From: Eledone cirrhosa
Lineage: Eukaryota
Assembly: GCA_964016885.1 (NCBI GenBank)
Contig: OZ024741.1
Span: forward strand, 43,834,001-43,898,000
DNA length: 64,000 bases
Direction: 5' to 3'
This document shows positions 12,780 through 25,930 of the stretch, one piece after another. The first letter of the stretch is position 1, and every line of letters starts with the position of its first letter. A program made the translations under genes and the position numbers. The notes under the pieces are model-generated. The model was not told where the DNA came from, ran no database searches, and saw only the letters and a list, made by a program, of their open reading frames with translations.

Positions 12780-13483
12780 TTTATTAAAATAATAGATTAA
12801 AGTTTAAGGAAAGAATCGCTGCTTTCACCCTTAACGGGATCTTCTGAAACTAACAAAGTCAATCTGTGAACGCAGAAGTGAATATTTCAAAAAACGTTGC
12901 AACCGGAGGAAGACAGGAAGACGATACTTTTGTTCGTGGAAACGTTCCCTGGCAAAGAACGAAAAAGACGAATATAATAGGTCATTATTTGGAGCGGTTA
13001 AAAACAATTACACGCAAAGACATAACCACGTTTATGGTATAAAAGAAGTCGTAGACTAATATTCTATTAGGTGGTTCATAGAGACTTTCTCTGGCAATGA
13101 ACGGAAAAAAACGAAGATAATACGTGATATGTGGGGCGGGGAGAACAATTGCACGCAAAGACAAAACCACGTAAATGGTATAACTGAAGTCGTAGACTAA
13201 AATCTAACTAGGAAACCGAATGATTTTCGGCTTCAGAGTTAAGAATAAAGTGAATAAAATACAGAGGTAATTGAAATTAAATAAATACATACACGCATAC
13301 ATATACGTACATACACACGCATACGCGAAATCACTCGCCATAGGAATACAAATACACGAACGTACACGACCCCCCCCCCCCAAAAAAAAAAACTCCGAAC
13401 GCACATACAAAACCCACGCAACGTGTGTACCCGCACGCATACGAATGTATAAACCAAATACACATAAAAATATATATAAAAAA

Positions 13484-13514
<31 letters not shown>

Positions 13515-14615
13515 CTTGCGAGTATACATATAATTAAATAAACATATATAAATAAATAGATACGTATATAACAAGCACACACACATACCTACATATATAT
13601 ACAAATATGTTCGGAGACGTACGTCAACCAAAACACAAAGTACACATATACACACAACCTACATATGTACGAACCGGCATACACACACAGACGTAAAACT
13701 CCAGTATATACATAAACAAAGCATATGTACCAGAATATATAATATATACGCCATAACATATACAATCAAATATACGTACGAGAAAGTATACGTACCTACA
13801 CAAAACATACAGGTAATATATACTTACCTATACAAATACGGAATGGTATAAACATAACATATACTTAGCTACCACATCAAGACGTAAAATATCCGCGTAT
13901 AGATCGTACTATCCGTTAGGGTATAATGTGGGGCTGTAATAGAGGAACATTTTGTGCAATATATGTTTACAAGCCTAAATTGCCTCAGATTGTTTGTTTA
14001 AGATGTGGTATTTGGCGTAGAGTATTTCCAGGGCCTCGGCGGCGCAGAGGTCACATGGTCTTTTATATCCGTCATACGATCTAGCCCTAATCAGGATCTC
14101 CCAGTGTAACTTATATTGGGTGTGGTTGTCTTTTAGACTCCAGATATAAGCTGCAAGTGACGTCATATTCCTTCTTAATGGTATGCAAGTAAAGACGCTG
14201 CTTGAATCTATTGGCGGTTAACCCTATGTAGGCTCTACATAGGTTTTTCAACCTTTCATTTGTAGACAATGTTACTATCAGGCATTTCCCGGACAGGGGG
14301 CAGTCAACCCGATTTCTACAATTACAGTTAGTACTAACTACAGGGTTGCACGTGTTCCTACGGCTAGGTATTTTAGCTAAATTTGAAGCTGTGATGTTAT
14401 GTGCAAGGTTAGGAGTCGTAGAGGAAATTTTAATACTATTTCTATTAAAAATTTAACTATATTTATGTGTAGGGGGAAAATGCTTTGTAACAAGGGAGAG
14501 AAAGATCTTAGCTAATGGTGTGGGCCCCTCCATATTATATGGTGGGTTATACGATATAATGCGTCGGGATCTATTTCTTCTAGGTCTATTCTCGTACTCT
14601 GTATAACCTACCTTA
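12780..14615 (-). mobile_element. 5'-truncated Penelope-like element (linker + GIY-YIG endonuclease remnant, long 3' UTR, pLTR with variant HHR)
   Basis: Minus frames: RRIISYNPPY..KIFLSLVTKHFP, CNCRNRVDCPLSGKC, LAAYIWSLKD..CDLC..E..ILNK. Continues to the CAGAAGA HHR at 12792-12867. Confidence 0.8.
12792..12867 (-). ncRNA. Hammerhead motif with U4A core (CAGAAGA family), copy A
   Basis: AGTTT-CAGAAGA-TCCCGTTAAGGGT-GAAA-GCAGCGATTCTTTCC-TT-AAACT on the minus strand. Confidence 0.6.
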
Positions 14616-14839
14616 TCGATATATATATATATGAAGAATTTGTGGTGTGTTAGTACCACGTAACAAAATAAGGTCTTGTATTGAACTGTCTTAGGCCTTC
14701 ATTTGAAAAGGGGATAAAACATTATTTGCTCTGTTTTATATTCATCATATGCAGATGAACTTCCTACAGCATTGTACCGGTGTTTTTAAAATTGACGGTC
14801 TTTTATTTATGTATTACATCTTGAACTCACAAATCTATG

Positions 14840-15290
14840 AGTGCCCGAATATTTGTGTTCGGATACATGCTGCTCCATCTAAACCATTCTATGTGGGAGA
14901 AGGAATTCGCAAAGAAAGCGTACTGTCAATTCTCTTGTTCATAATTTTCATGAACTAGATTGACATGCTAAGCTGGCTAGGAAATGATCTCACGACTGGC
15001 AATTGTAGGATCAGTCGGCTGAAATCTACAGGCGATATGTTATTTTCTTCATCAGAATGTGATCCTGCGAAGGATCTTTAGAATAACGTCATTTGATAGA
15101 ATGCGTAACCCGTAGATTAGAGAGTCGCTCAAGGTAGAACTTCTACTTCTAAGGATTGAGAGATCACATTTCCGATACTGCAGACATGTGGTAAGAATGT
15201 CTAAGGAAAGAATCATTGTATCGAATTTACGACCAGGAGACCCCCGGGGAAGATAGTTGGGTAACATCCATGAGCTCGCTTGGATACTGT
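14840..15290 (+). mobile_element. Degenerate RTE-like RT fragment
   Basis: KPFYVGEGIRKESVLSILLFIIFMN resembles the RT motif GVRQGCxLSPxLF. Confidence 0.45.
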
Positions 15291-16336
15291 CTCATGGACT
15301 TTTACTGTATTTTATTTAAATCGTGCAATGTTTAAGTGTGACGGATTCAGTATCCATATTCCAAGAGACAAATGGAAGCACAAAAGGCTGATTTATTGTG
15401 GCTAATGCACAATGTTTGTTTCAAATGCTTTGTCATGAGATATATTGTGTAGCACAGTCATTGATACAGATAAAAACACAAACAAAACTACTTGAACGAC
15501 ACCAAAGTTAGAAAATGATTAATAACATTTGCGATGAATAGGCTGTGTGAAGGTTATAGCAACATGCATGGATAGCTGCACATTCAATCCGACTTATATC
15601 ATACACAGGTAAGATATATAGTTAACTATTGGTTTGTATATTTATATTTCTGATATTAGCACAATACAGCATAAGTTATGAGAAGTTGTGTGGAATGGAT
15701 GTATTCGCTAGTGTTTTCCTTTTCAATGTATCATAAAACTATTCAAAATTAGGAGTGAACCAAAACATTTTCAAAGTAGTAAACATCTCGATTAAATTTG
15801 TTTTATTGTAGATGCGCTTAAAGCCCATTTAATAATTTATATTCTAATAAGAACTACCTAACTAAGACTCTGACATGAAATATAAAAGTTGTAAACGAAA
15901 TGTTGTTTTCGTTTTATTTATTATCATTTTTTACTCCCATGCAGAGTAGAATATGCTAAAGAAAACGAGATTGAAATAGAACTGAAACTGAGGATTGTTC
16001 GTTTGAAAACATTTGTCTGTTCATAACAAACGTTAAAATATGGTGGAGTCGTCGGGGGTGACTTTATTATCACTGTTTTTCTTTGAATACATGTTTCGTG
16101 ATTTTAGCAGCTACACTCTAGCATAGTTAACAAGAATGAATCGGGGGGTATCACTATTTATTTAACTGCATTTATAGCAGTTATATAAACAAACAGCAGC
16201 AGATAAAGAAAAAAGAAAAATGGGTGAAAGATATAAAATAGACTCTCATTGTTATCTGTTTGCCATTAGAGCTCATCCAAAAGTCTAGCAGAGATAACCT
16301 TCAGAATATGAATGTGAAGATATATAGACAATACTA

Positions 16337-16379
<43 letters not shown>

Positions 16380-16394
16380 TGTGCGTGTGTGTGC

Positions 16395-16488
<94 letters not shown>

Positions 16489-16834
16489 GTGTGTAGGTGT
16501 GTAGGTGTGTAGGTGTGCGTGTGAGTGTGTGTGTATGTGTCTGTGTGTGTAGGCAGATATATCTGCACACATAAAAATATATATACATATCTTCTTAGAC
16601 ATGCTTCATTCCTAGATTGTATACATATAAATTCATTTACTGAACTACGGCTATCTATTAAATTCTTTGAAACGTAACTTTTAATCGTTACTAGGAATGG
16701 CGTTAAACATTGTCAAAATATTGAATAGGTATGAAAATATGGCTACATATATATACACATACTTGCGCACATACATGGAATCACACGCGATACACACGCA
16801 TGAACGCACACACATGAACCCACAGACAAACACA

Positions 16835-16881
<47 letters not shown>

Positions 16882-17253
16882 ATATATATTAATATTGGTG
16901 CTCTGAAATAGCAATGTATACATGAATGTATGTGTAGTATATTTAGCAATAAACTGTATGTTTAATTATAAACATTTAGAAGACCATTCGCTATAACTTT
17001 TATACTAGGTACTATGTCACCTACTTATTTTCGGCGAAAACAAATGGAGAGAGCTTGACAGACTGTTTCTAGCTCTATATACATATATACATAATATTAC
17101 AGATACTATTTATAGTTATGTATATACTATACTATAAACAACTATAAACAGGAAAGGTCAGTAATTTATTACTACCTTGTTACCAGTAAGATAAATAGCT
17201 CAATGTAAGAACATCAGTTGTTTTACAGAGCAGTAATATTGAATACACAAGAC

Positions 17254-17299
<46 letters not shown>

Positions 17300-17394
17300 C
17301 GACGATGAATTAGTTTTGCGCAGAGAAGACTAAATAAATAAATAAATGGACTAGAAAAGATGGCCTAGGCATACAATACAACAGGAGGAAACAT

Positions 17395-17737
17395 AATAGC
17401 ACCACTGATGATGTTGCAGATGTGCAACGAAAGAACTTTGTTAGACTATATATATATATGTGTGCTTGTGTCTATATTATATCCGTATTTTTGACCGTTG
17501 GTCAGTCAATGGTAACATTGAGGACCGAATAAATTAAATTAACCGATATAAAACACACAGAAGCGAAAACCAAACAAACAGTGAGTGTATTCTGTTATTA
17601 ATTCTGGCAATATTATTACACAAATATGAACTTCCCCAAGTATAACAATATATATATATATATATATATATATTGTTATACTTGGGGAGGTTCATATTTG
17701 TGTAATAATATTGCCAGAATTAATAACAGAATACACA
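17395..17737 (+). mobile_element. pLTR remnant related to the PLE at 59877-64000, with HHR-like motif and TA-centred palindrome
   Basis: CTGATGA-TGTTGCAGATGTGCAAC-GAAA-GAAC-TT at 17405-17438. The tail encodes MNFPKYNN (compare TFPKYNNI at ~59935-59960 on minus). Palindrome arms 17585-17650/17670-17737. Confidence 0.55.
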
Positions 17738-17741
17738 AGAC

Positions 17742-17787
<46 letters not shown>

Positions 17788-18015
17788 CGACGATGAATTA
17801 GTTTTGAACCACCTAATAGAATATTAATCTACGACTTCATTTATACCATAAATATGGTTTTGTCTTTGCGTGTAATTGTTTTCACCGCTCCAAATAATGA
17901 AGTATTTCTTCGTTTTTTTTCTGTTCTTTGGCAGGGAACGTTTCCACGAACCAGAGTATCATCTTCCTCTCTTCCTTCGGTTGCAACGTTTTTCTAAATA
18001 TTTACTTCGGCGTTT

Positions 18016-18205
<190 letters not shown>

Positions 18206-18398
18206 GATGAATCTACCAAGAGTTTACGGTAGTGTCCAATCCGTATGAAGAACTCAATGTAATCCGGATATCATGGAAAGAGGAGATGCAATGAAAAATC
18301 ATTTCGGTGAAAGATAAACGGAAAACAGAGTCAAGATAAAATATTAAAAAAATAATGAATAAAACAATGAAGCAGTTCCTTATATTAAACAAAAAAAG

Positions 18399-18553
18399 TT
18401 CATTATTTAACGATCGTTTCTAGGATATATATGTGTTAGAATTGGCATGCATATTCAACAGATCTATGTACAAAATTATACAAAATTATACAAACTATCA
18501 AAATTAAATATACATACCAAACACATATATATGCCGTCTTCAGAAATAATGAA
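18399..18553 (-). ncRNA. Hammerhead motif with very long stem II (mirror copy)
   Basis: Reverse complement of 19584-19738. Confidence 0.7.
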
Positions 18554-19583
18554 ATATATTTATTGATAATAACAACAATTCAAAATTAGAGGTCTGTTTG
18601 GGAACAGAGTTCAAATTGACCAATGAAAATACAATAAGTTTATACAGTTAGGTGTGTGTATATATTCATATAAGTAACTTCGTTCACAGATATGCATAAA
18701 GATATATGTTCACATGCATACGCTTGCCAAAAAGATGTATGTAAATACAAAAATTCAAGGCTAATGTCTCTGTATGTTTATAATCTACAGATAAAATACG
18801 TACCCACATATATAAATATAAAATAAATATATACACACATTCATATACTCACACATATACGTACATTCACACACAGACGCGCGTATACGCAAACACATAT
18901 ATGTGTGTATATATATATATATGTGTATATATATATATATATATATGTGTGTGTATGTATATATTATATATATATATATTTCCTTGATATATTTCTTTTT
19001 TCTTTTTCTTTTCTTTTTATTTCTAAGTTTATAGATACATTTATAAACAGGCAGTCTGCTGACACCGGTGAATACTGACCTCTCCCCCCCCCCCACCTAC
19101 TTTCTGTATCTGGATCTAAATGTGTGTGGCAGTGTTTATGTGCGCGCATCAATATCCATATGCTTATGATAATAGTATATACACACATATATATGTGTGT
19201 GGGGGTGTATGTGTGTATGTATGTTCGTGGTTGTGTGTATGTGTTTGCGTATACGCGCGTCTGTGTGTGAATGTACGTATATGTGTGAGTATATGAATGT
19301 GTGTATATATTTATTTTATATTTATATATGTGGGTACGTATTTTATCTGTAGATTATAAACATACAGAGACATTAGCCTTGAATTTTTGTATTTACATAC
19401 ATCTTTTTGGCAAGCGTATGCATGTGAACATATATCTTTATGCATATCTGTGAACGAAGTTACTTATATGAATATATACACACACCTAACTGTATAAACT
19501 TATTGTATTTTCATTGGTCAATTTGAACTCTGTTCCCAAACAGACCTCTAATTTTGAATTGTTGTTATTATCAATAAATATAT

Positions 19584-19738
19584 TTCATTATTTCTGAAGA
19601 CGGCATATATATGTGTTTGGTATGTATATTTAATTTTGATAGTTTGTATAATTTTGTATAATTTTGTACATAGATCTGTTGAATATGCATGCCAATTCTA
19701 ACACATATATATCCTAGAAACGATCGTTAAATAATGAA
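19584..19738 (+). ncRNA. Hammerhead motif with ~115-nt stem II
   Basis: TTCATTATTT-CTGAAGA-[long hairpin]-GAAA-CGATCG-TT-AAATAATGAA; perfect 10-bp stem I and palindromic stem III. Confidence 0.72.
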
Positions 19739-19815
19739 CTTTTTTTGTTTAATATAAGGAACTGCTTCATTGTTTTATTCATTATTTTTTTAATATTTGA
19801 TATATATATATATTG

Positions 19816-19875
<60 letters not shown>

Positions 19876-19881
<6 letters not shown>

Positions 19882-20305
19882 CAGATTAAAGTTTAAGCAA
19901 AGAATCGCTGCTTTCACCCTTAACGGGATCTTCTGAAACTAAGAAAATCAATCTGTAAACGCCGAAGTAAATATTTCGAAAGACGTTGCAACCGAAGGAA
20001 GAGAGGAAGACGATACTTTGGTTCGTGGAAACGTTCCCTGCCAAAGAACAGAAAAAAACGAAGAAATACTTCATTATTTGGAGCGGTGAAAACAATTACA
20101 CGCAAAGACAAAACCACATTTATGGTATAGAGAAGTCGTAGATTAATATTCTATTAGGTGGTTAATGGAGACGTTCTTCTACGAACCAAAGTATCGTCTT
20201 CCTGTTTTCCTTCGGTTGCAACGTTTTTCGAAACATTTATTTCTGCGTTCACAGATTGATTTTTTTTAGTTTCAGAAGATCCCGTTAAGGGTAAAAGCAC
20301 CGATT
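19876..20305. mobile_element. Fold-back of the CAGAAGA-HHR pLTR family (HHR copy C on minus at 19881-19956; mutated, truncated copy D on plus at 20251-20305)
   Basis: The termini are reverse complements; flanked by (TA)n. Confidence 0.8.
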
Positions 20306-21074
20306 ATATATATGTGTATATATATATAATATATATATAATGGGAAGGGGATTGTGGAGAAAGAGAGAGTGAGAGAGTGAGTGAGTGAAAGAGTGAGATG
20401 GGTTTAATCCCAACCATGGTTCAAAGCGGTTGCGGCTTGCTTGTTCAACAATATAATGCATATAATTTGATATAGACTGTATTGCATTAACAATTGTACA
20501 TAACTTACTTATTACATAAGATGTTATCTGATGAAGTATTGGTGTTGGTTGCGTGTACAAGGCATCATGCAATCATGTACACCACAAAAATATGTATTTC
20601 GGAGGATCATGAATAAAGGAATTATAAATATCTAGACCTGGCTTTTGCGCTTATCGTTATTGTACGTATACACCGTCATAGTTAACACATCATATTTGGA
20701 AGGATACACGTAACCTCGGCTGCTTAAATCTAATTTTGCCTTCTCCTTCATTGATTGTTGTGTAGCACATACAACCTTGGTTAGGCAACATTTTACAACA
20801 TAAGTTTATATATATATGGGTGAGTGTGCTGTTCTAAATTTTTCCCTTACTTCCGTTTCTTACTGTTTATCTTCCTAACTCACCTTTCACTTCTCTTTCA
20901 ATCTTCTGATGAGAGACTAGTGTCCTAAAAATTAAATTTCTTTTCTTATTATTTTAAGTGTTAAAATAATGTAATTCATTATACTGTGGCGTCTGGTCTC
21001 TTATCTCTGTTTACTATTTACATAGACACACATATACATCCATCCCTCCATCCAAACACACACACACACATATA

Positions 21075-21126
<52 letters not shown>

Positions 21127-21128
<2 letters not shown>

Positions 21129-22888
21129 AGAGAGTATTGAAGTTTGCTTGAAGCATTGTGGAATAAGTATATATCTTTAAGTCGTTTGGAAGCCTTAGAC
21201 AATGCAAATGGGTAAATCTCCGGGTAACAAGATCCGGTGGTGGAGAGAGAGATGTAAGTGGGTGTACGTTGAGATGCGTGGTGTGTATGAGATGTGTAGA
21301 AGAATGAAGGAAAGAGTATAAAGGATAAAATAAAATGGGATCAAGCCTATCAGGTGTGCTAGCGATCTCTTGCATGGACAACCTAGAACGCAAGCACTCA
21401 ACGCCTGCTACCCCAACACCGTAGCCTTTTTCTCAAGGTACGTGGACGATATCCTCATCCTCACATCTTCCCAAGACACGGCGAACAGAATCTATGCGAC
21501 GTTCAACAACACGGACGAGAACATTGACTTCAGTGTTGAACACCCCAACGAAGACGGGTCACTTGCCCTCCTCGACTTCCGAATAAACATCACGGAACAG
21601 GGAAGGATCCACTGCAACTTCTACCGAAAGGCAGCCTGCCGGGACCTGTTCGTTCACTACAAGTCCGCCCTCCCTAACAGTGCCAAAAGAGGATACATCA
21701 CGAACGAGATCGCGCGAATCAAAAACAGATGCAGCGATCCCGCGAGTGGTGTCACTCATACCAAGCGATTCCTCGAGGTGCTGGAGACGAACGGGTACCC
21801 TACCTCGATCACAGACAGAATAGGAGACACCAGACGCAAGAGAGAGAGGCACCCAAGGCAAGTGCTTCCTTAAAATGCCACACCTGGGCGAGAAAACCAC
21901 CAACGCTATCCGCAAGGCTATACGGAGGGAGGGCCTCGACATCCACCTGGCCCACTCGGGCCCCTCCCTGCGAAGATGCTTCTCCAGGCAACCCGGGAAA
22001 TCTACTGACGCATGCTCCCTCAGAGACTGCCCGATACGCCATGCGAACTGTTGCCTACGCACATACGTCGTGTATCAGATAGAATGTGACAGGTGCAACC
22101 AATACTACATAGGTAGAACAATCCGACCTTTGCACATCCTGATCAAGGAACACACTAAAACCAGGGCCTTGTCTTTCCGGAAACACAGAGACAAATGCGG
22201 AAACAAAGACGGAAGGTCCATTGTCACAATTCTAGCGACTGAAAGAAACGTCGGCACGTTACGTATCAAGGAAGCGCTTTTTATTAAACGCCTGCAACCG
22301 CAAATAAAAAACGATCAGAGAGAAGCGAAATGAGATGGCTGGTTTAAGCTAACAAACGATGTAGCAACACCCGCACACACACACACACAAACGAGACAAC
22401 TACACACACACACGCGCACACACACAGTAGCATTCCACCATACGAACATACTACTCTGCCAATACAGAGGAAGAAGGCAACAACACACGCACACACACTC
22501 AAGCGAGACAACAACACACGCACACACACACAGTAACATTTAACAAACAGGCAGAGAATGGACTGACAACTAGCGCCACCCCACTCCCTCATTCGGCCGC
22601 TGACCTCTGTCCGATAGATAACCTTTCCCCCACCCCGGAAAAACCCCCAGTTGATGGATGTGAATCCGAAATATATAGGGACTATTAAATCTCTCCCAAG
22701 GTAACTTTCTCTTGTTGTTATTTTTATTTTATCCTTTATACTCTTTCCTTCATTCTTCTACACATCTCATACACACCACGCATCTCAACGTACACCCACT
22801 TACATCTCTCTCTCTCCACCACCGGATCTTGTTACCCGGAGATTTACCCATTTGCATTGTCGAGGCTTCCAAATGACTTAAAGATATT

Positions 22889-22891
<3 letters not shown>
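21127..22891 (+). mobile_element. 5'-truncated Penelope-like element (RT C-terminus + GIY-YIG) bracketed by ~170-bp inverted repeats
   Basis: ORF 21370-21873 has RYVDDILI and LALLDFRI. ORF 21875-22333 has VVYQIECDRCNQYYIGRT..KEALFIKRLQPQI. Inverted repeats 21167-21335/22722-22891. Degenerate HHR at 22644-22681 (core CAGTTGA). Confidence 0.88.
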
Positions 22892-22930
<39 letters not shown>

Positions 22931-23052
22931 GGAGGTGAGTTTTATTGTAGTACAATAAAGCAATGCTGATATCGGATAAGAAGCACTCTACAGTTTGTAG
23001 AACTGGAGGAAACATAATATAAGATCAAAAGATGGTTAAAGGAGTTCCATGT

Positions 23053-23121
23053 ATTTTATTATGCGCATTTCAAAAACAAACATCATCATGCAATAATATT
23101 TGTGTTTTCATCAGATAAAAC
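23053..23121 (-). ncRNA. Type I hammerhead ribozyme motif (mirror copy)
   Basis: Reverse complement of 23242-23310. Confidence 0.78.
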
Positions 23122-23241
23122 AGGAGGACATGATATGAAGGCTAAAAAACACTTGTGGATAGTGCAGTTTTAAATCAACATATGTTGATTTAAAACTGCA
23201 CTATCCACAAGTGTTTTTTAGCCTTCATATCATGTTCTCCT

Positions 23242-23310
23242 GTTTTATCTGATGAAAACACAAATATTATTGCATGATGATGTTTGTTTTTGAAATGCGC
23301 ATAATAAAAT
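23242..23310 (+). ncRNA. Type I hammerhead ribozyme motif
   Basis: GTTTTAT-CTGATGA-AAACACAAATATT..ATGTTTGTTTTT-GAAA-TGCGCA-TA-ATAAAAT. Confidence 0.78.
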
Positions 23311-23339
23311 ACATGGAACTCCTTTAACCATCTTTTGAT

Positions 23340-23384
<45 letters not shown>

Positions 23385-23610
23385 TAGGGTGAAAATATTA
23401 GTGCTCGTTACTCGGAGTTTGTCGTTTCCGATCGAGATGTGAATCTCGTAGTTACTGGGGGGAAATTTGACTGAATATATTAAATGAATAAAACTCTGAA
23501 ATACGTATCGATACATTTTCCCCATCTTCATATCTATGTAATTCCCTCTGCCTAGACATACACTCGCTTACATACTCCCCCACCCACACCACCACCCCAC
23601 ACCACCACCC

Positions 23611-23654
<44 letters not shown>

Positions 23655-23656
23655 GG

Positions 23657-23705
<49 letters not shown>

Positions 23706-23719
23706 ATATATATATATAT

Positions 23720-23763
<44 letters not shown>

Positions 23764-23813
23764 TACATATATATGTATATGCATATACATGTATATATGC
23801 ATATATATATGAA

Positions 23814-23943
<130 letters not shown>

Positions 23944-24164
23944 CACAGATACATGCGGACACATACATATACATGAATATATCCACACACATCCCTGAGT
24001 TAGTGGTGCCAACCTCAACCTATGTTGCTCTATGAATAACTGGGACAGGGCTAACCGAATGGATTAGACTGATTCAGTATCAGAGCTATATCGTACATTA
24101 TGAAGAGAGAAGAAACATTAGATATAATTAGTAATAAGATATATCATACCTAGCTGGTTCTTCA

Positions 24165-24260
24165 GTCCCCGACTACGTAGTTTCGTGGCATATTATGCAA
24201 AAACACTAGATCATAGAGATATAGAGCCCTTGTGAGGTTCTGCCGACTTATCAAGGGGAT
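24165..24260 (-). ncRNA. Hammerhead motif with U3-A8 compensatory core (better-paired copy)
   Basis: Minus strand: TCCCC-TTGATAA-GTCGGCA..TGCCAC-GAAA-CTACGTAG-TC-GGGGA. Confidence 0.65.
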
Positions 24261-24520
24261 TCCTCATTAAGGATTTCAAAACACGTCTGCAATGCGCGAG
24301 ATAGAATCTCAAAAAGGCGCAGGGAGAGTCAATCACGTGATACAGCGGTCATCCACGGTATTGATATGAATACCATTCCGCCTTCGTGGTATTTTTTTCA
24401 GAGTTATAAGGGGCTTAGCTCTGTTTCTTGACCGCTGTATCACGTGATTGACTCTCCCTCCAACTTTTCGAGATTTTATGTCGCGCATTGCAGGCGTGTT
24501 TTGAAATCCTTAATGAGGTA

Positions 24521-24614
24521 TCCCCTTGATAAGTCGGCAGAACCTCACAAGGGCTCTATATCTCTATGATTTAGTGTTTTTGCATAATATGCCACGAAAC
24601 TACGTAGTCGCGGA
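24521..24614 (+). ncRNA. Hammerhead motif with U3-A8 core (mirror copy, one stem I mismatch)
   Basis: TCCCC-TTGATAA-..-GAAA-CTACGTAG-TC-GCGGA. Confidence 0.6.
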
Positions 24615-24717
24615 CTGAAGAGACAGCTAGGTATGATATATCTTATTACTAATTATATCTAATGTTTCTTCTCTCTTCATAATGTACTATATATATATGT
24701 ATATATGCATATATATA

Positions 24718-24794
<77 letters not shown>

Positions 24795-24796
24795 TA

Positions 24797-25120
24797 TTTA
24801 TTAAAATAACAGATTAAAGTTTAAGCAAAGAGTCGCTGCTTTCACCCTTAACGGGATCTTCTGACACTTTCCACGAACCAAAACCAAAGAATCGTCTTCC
24901 TGTCTTCCTCCGGTTGCAACGTTTTTCGAAATATCCACTTCTGCGTTTACAGATTGACTTTGGTAGTTTCAGAAGATCCCGTTAAGAGTGAAAGCAGCGA
25001 TTCTTTGATTAAACTTTAATCTGTTATTTTAATAAATATTTGCTCTACGGTTCTTATATATTTGATATATATTTATCCTCATCGAGCCCTCTTTCGATTT
25101 TAGTCTTCAAATTTATTATT
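24797..25120 (+). mobile_element. Fold-back of the CAGAAGA-HHR pLTR family (truncated copy E on minus at 24809-24864; copy F on plus at 24949-25024) plus tail
   Basis: Same family as 18016-18091. The tail 25030-25115 recurs inverted at 31714-31803. Confidence 0.8.
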
Positions 25121-25159
25121 ATTACTATATATATTATATATATATATATTGTATATATA

Positions 25160-25253
<94 letters not shown>

Positions 25254-25867
25254 CGTGTATACGATGCAACGCTCTGAATGCTTTGTCATTTCCTTTATTT
25301 TTTTTACTGCCAAAGCAATTAAGCTGACAGAAAGATAAACCAACAAATGTACCTTTTGACTATTTACCATTCTTTGTTGGAAAATAATCTTAGAAAACAA
25401 CATATACCGCATTATTAACACTAGCAATACAGTGACAACAACAACAACAATAGCAGCAGCAATAATTACAATAACAACAACTATAAAAAAAGTGAATATG
25501 ATTTTAAATAATATCAAAGAAAATCTTCTAACTTAAATACGATATTTGTGGGTGCTTTTGTGATTATTGATAATGAAGAAAATTATATTTTCATAAAGGC
25601 ATTATATAAACCCTCTGCTAAATAACTCATAATAACATTTTTTGTCTGTTGTTTTCGTTCGGAACCGAGTATTAAAATCACGATAATTATTTTATTTACA
25701 CAGAAGATAATATTTGTTTGGGAAAAAGAAATATTGCGATGATAAACAAACATAAAAATATAAAGTTAACAAACCCAAAGGAAAAGAGTTAAATATAAAA
25801 AGAAAATTATATTGTTGAAATCATCTTTAAACTGATTAATATCGCATAGAAGAAATTATATATACAC

Positions 25868-25927
<60 letters not shown>

Positions 25928-25930
<3 letters not shown>

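Larger units (their letters stand above)
18339..19798. repeat. Large palindrome with ~560-bp near-identical arms (18339-18899/19238-19798)
   Basis: Direct reverse-complement match; each arm carries an HHR. Confidence 0.95.
23017..23346. repeat. Spacerless 330-bp palindrome carrying two outward-facing HHRs
   Basis: Centre at AATCAACAT|ATGTTGATT (23181/23182); about 1 mismatch between arms. Confidence 0.95.
24093..24687. repeat. Fold-back with ~260-bp arms (24093-24351/24429-24687)
   Basis: Reverse-complement arms with a few percent divergence; the right end abuts (TA)n. Confidence 0.93.

Noticed and set aside
13960-14320. Possible selenocysteine (UGA) recoding, as described for some PLE clades
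   Set aside because: The conserved Cys positions I read are ordinary Cys codons, the interruptions are frameshifts or TAG/TAA stops, and no SECIS was recognised.
20900-20940. CTGATGA-GAGACTAGTGTCCT-AAAA hammerhead look-alike
   Set aside because: No GAAA and no stem I/III pairing; at best a dead remnant.
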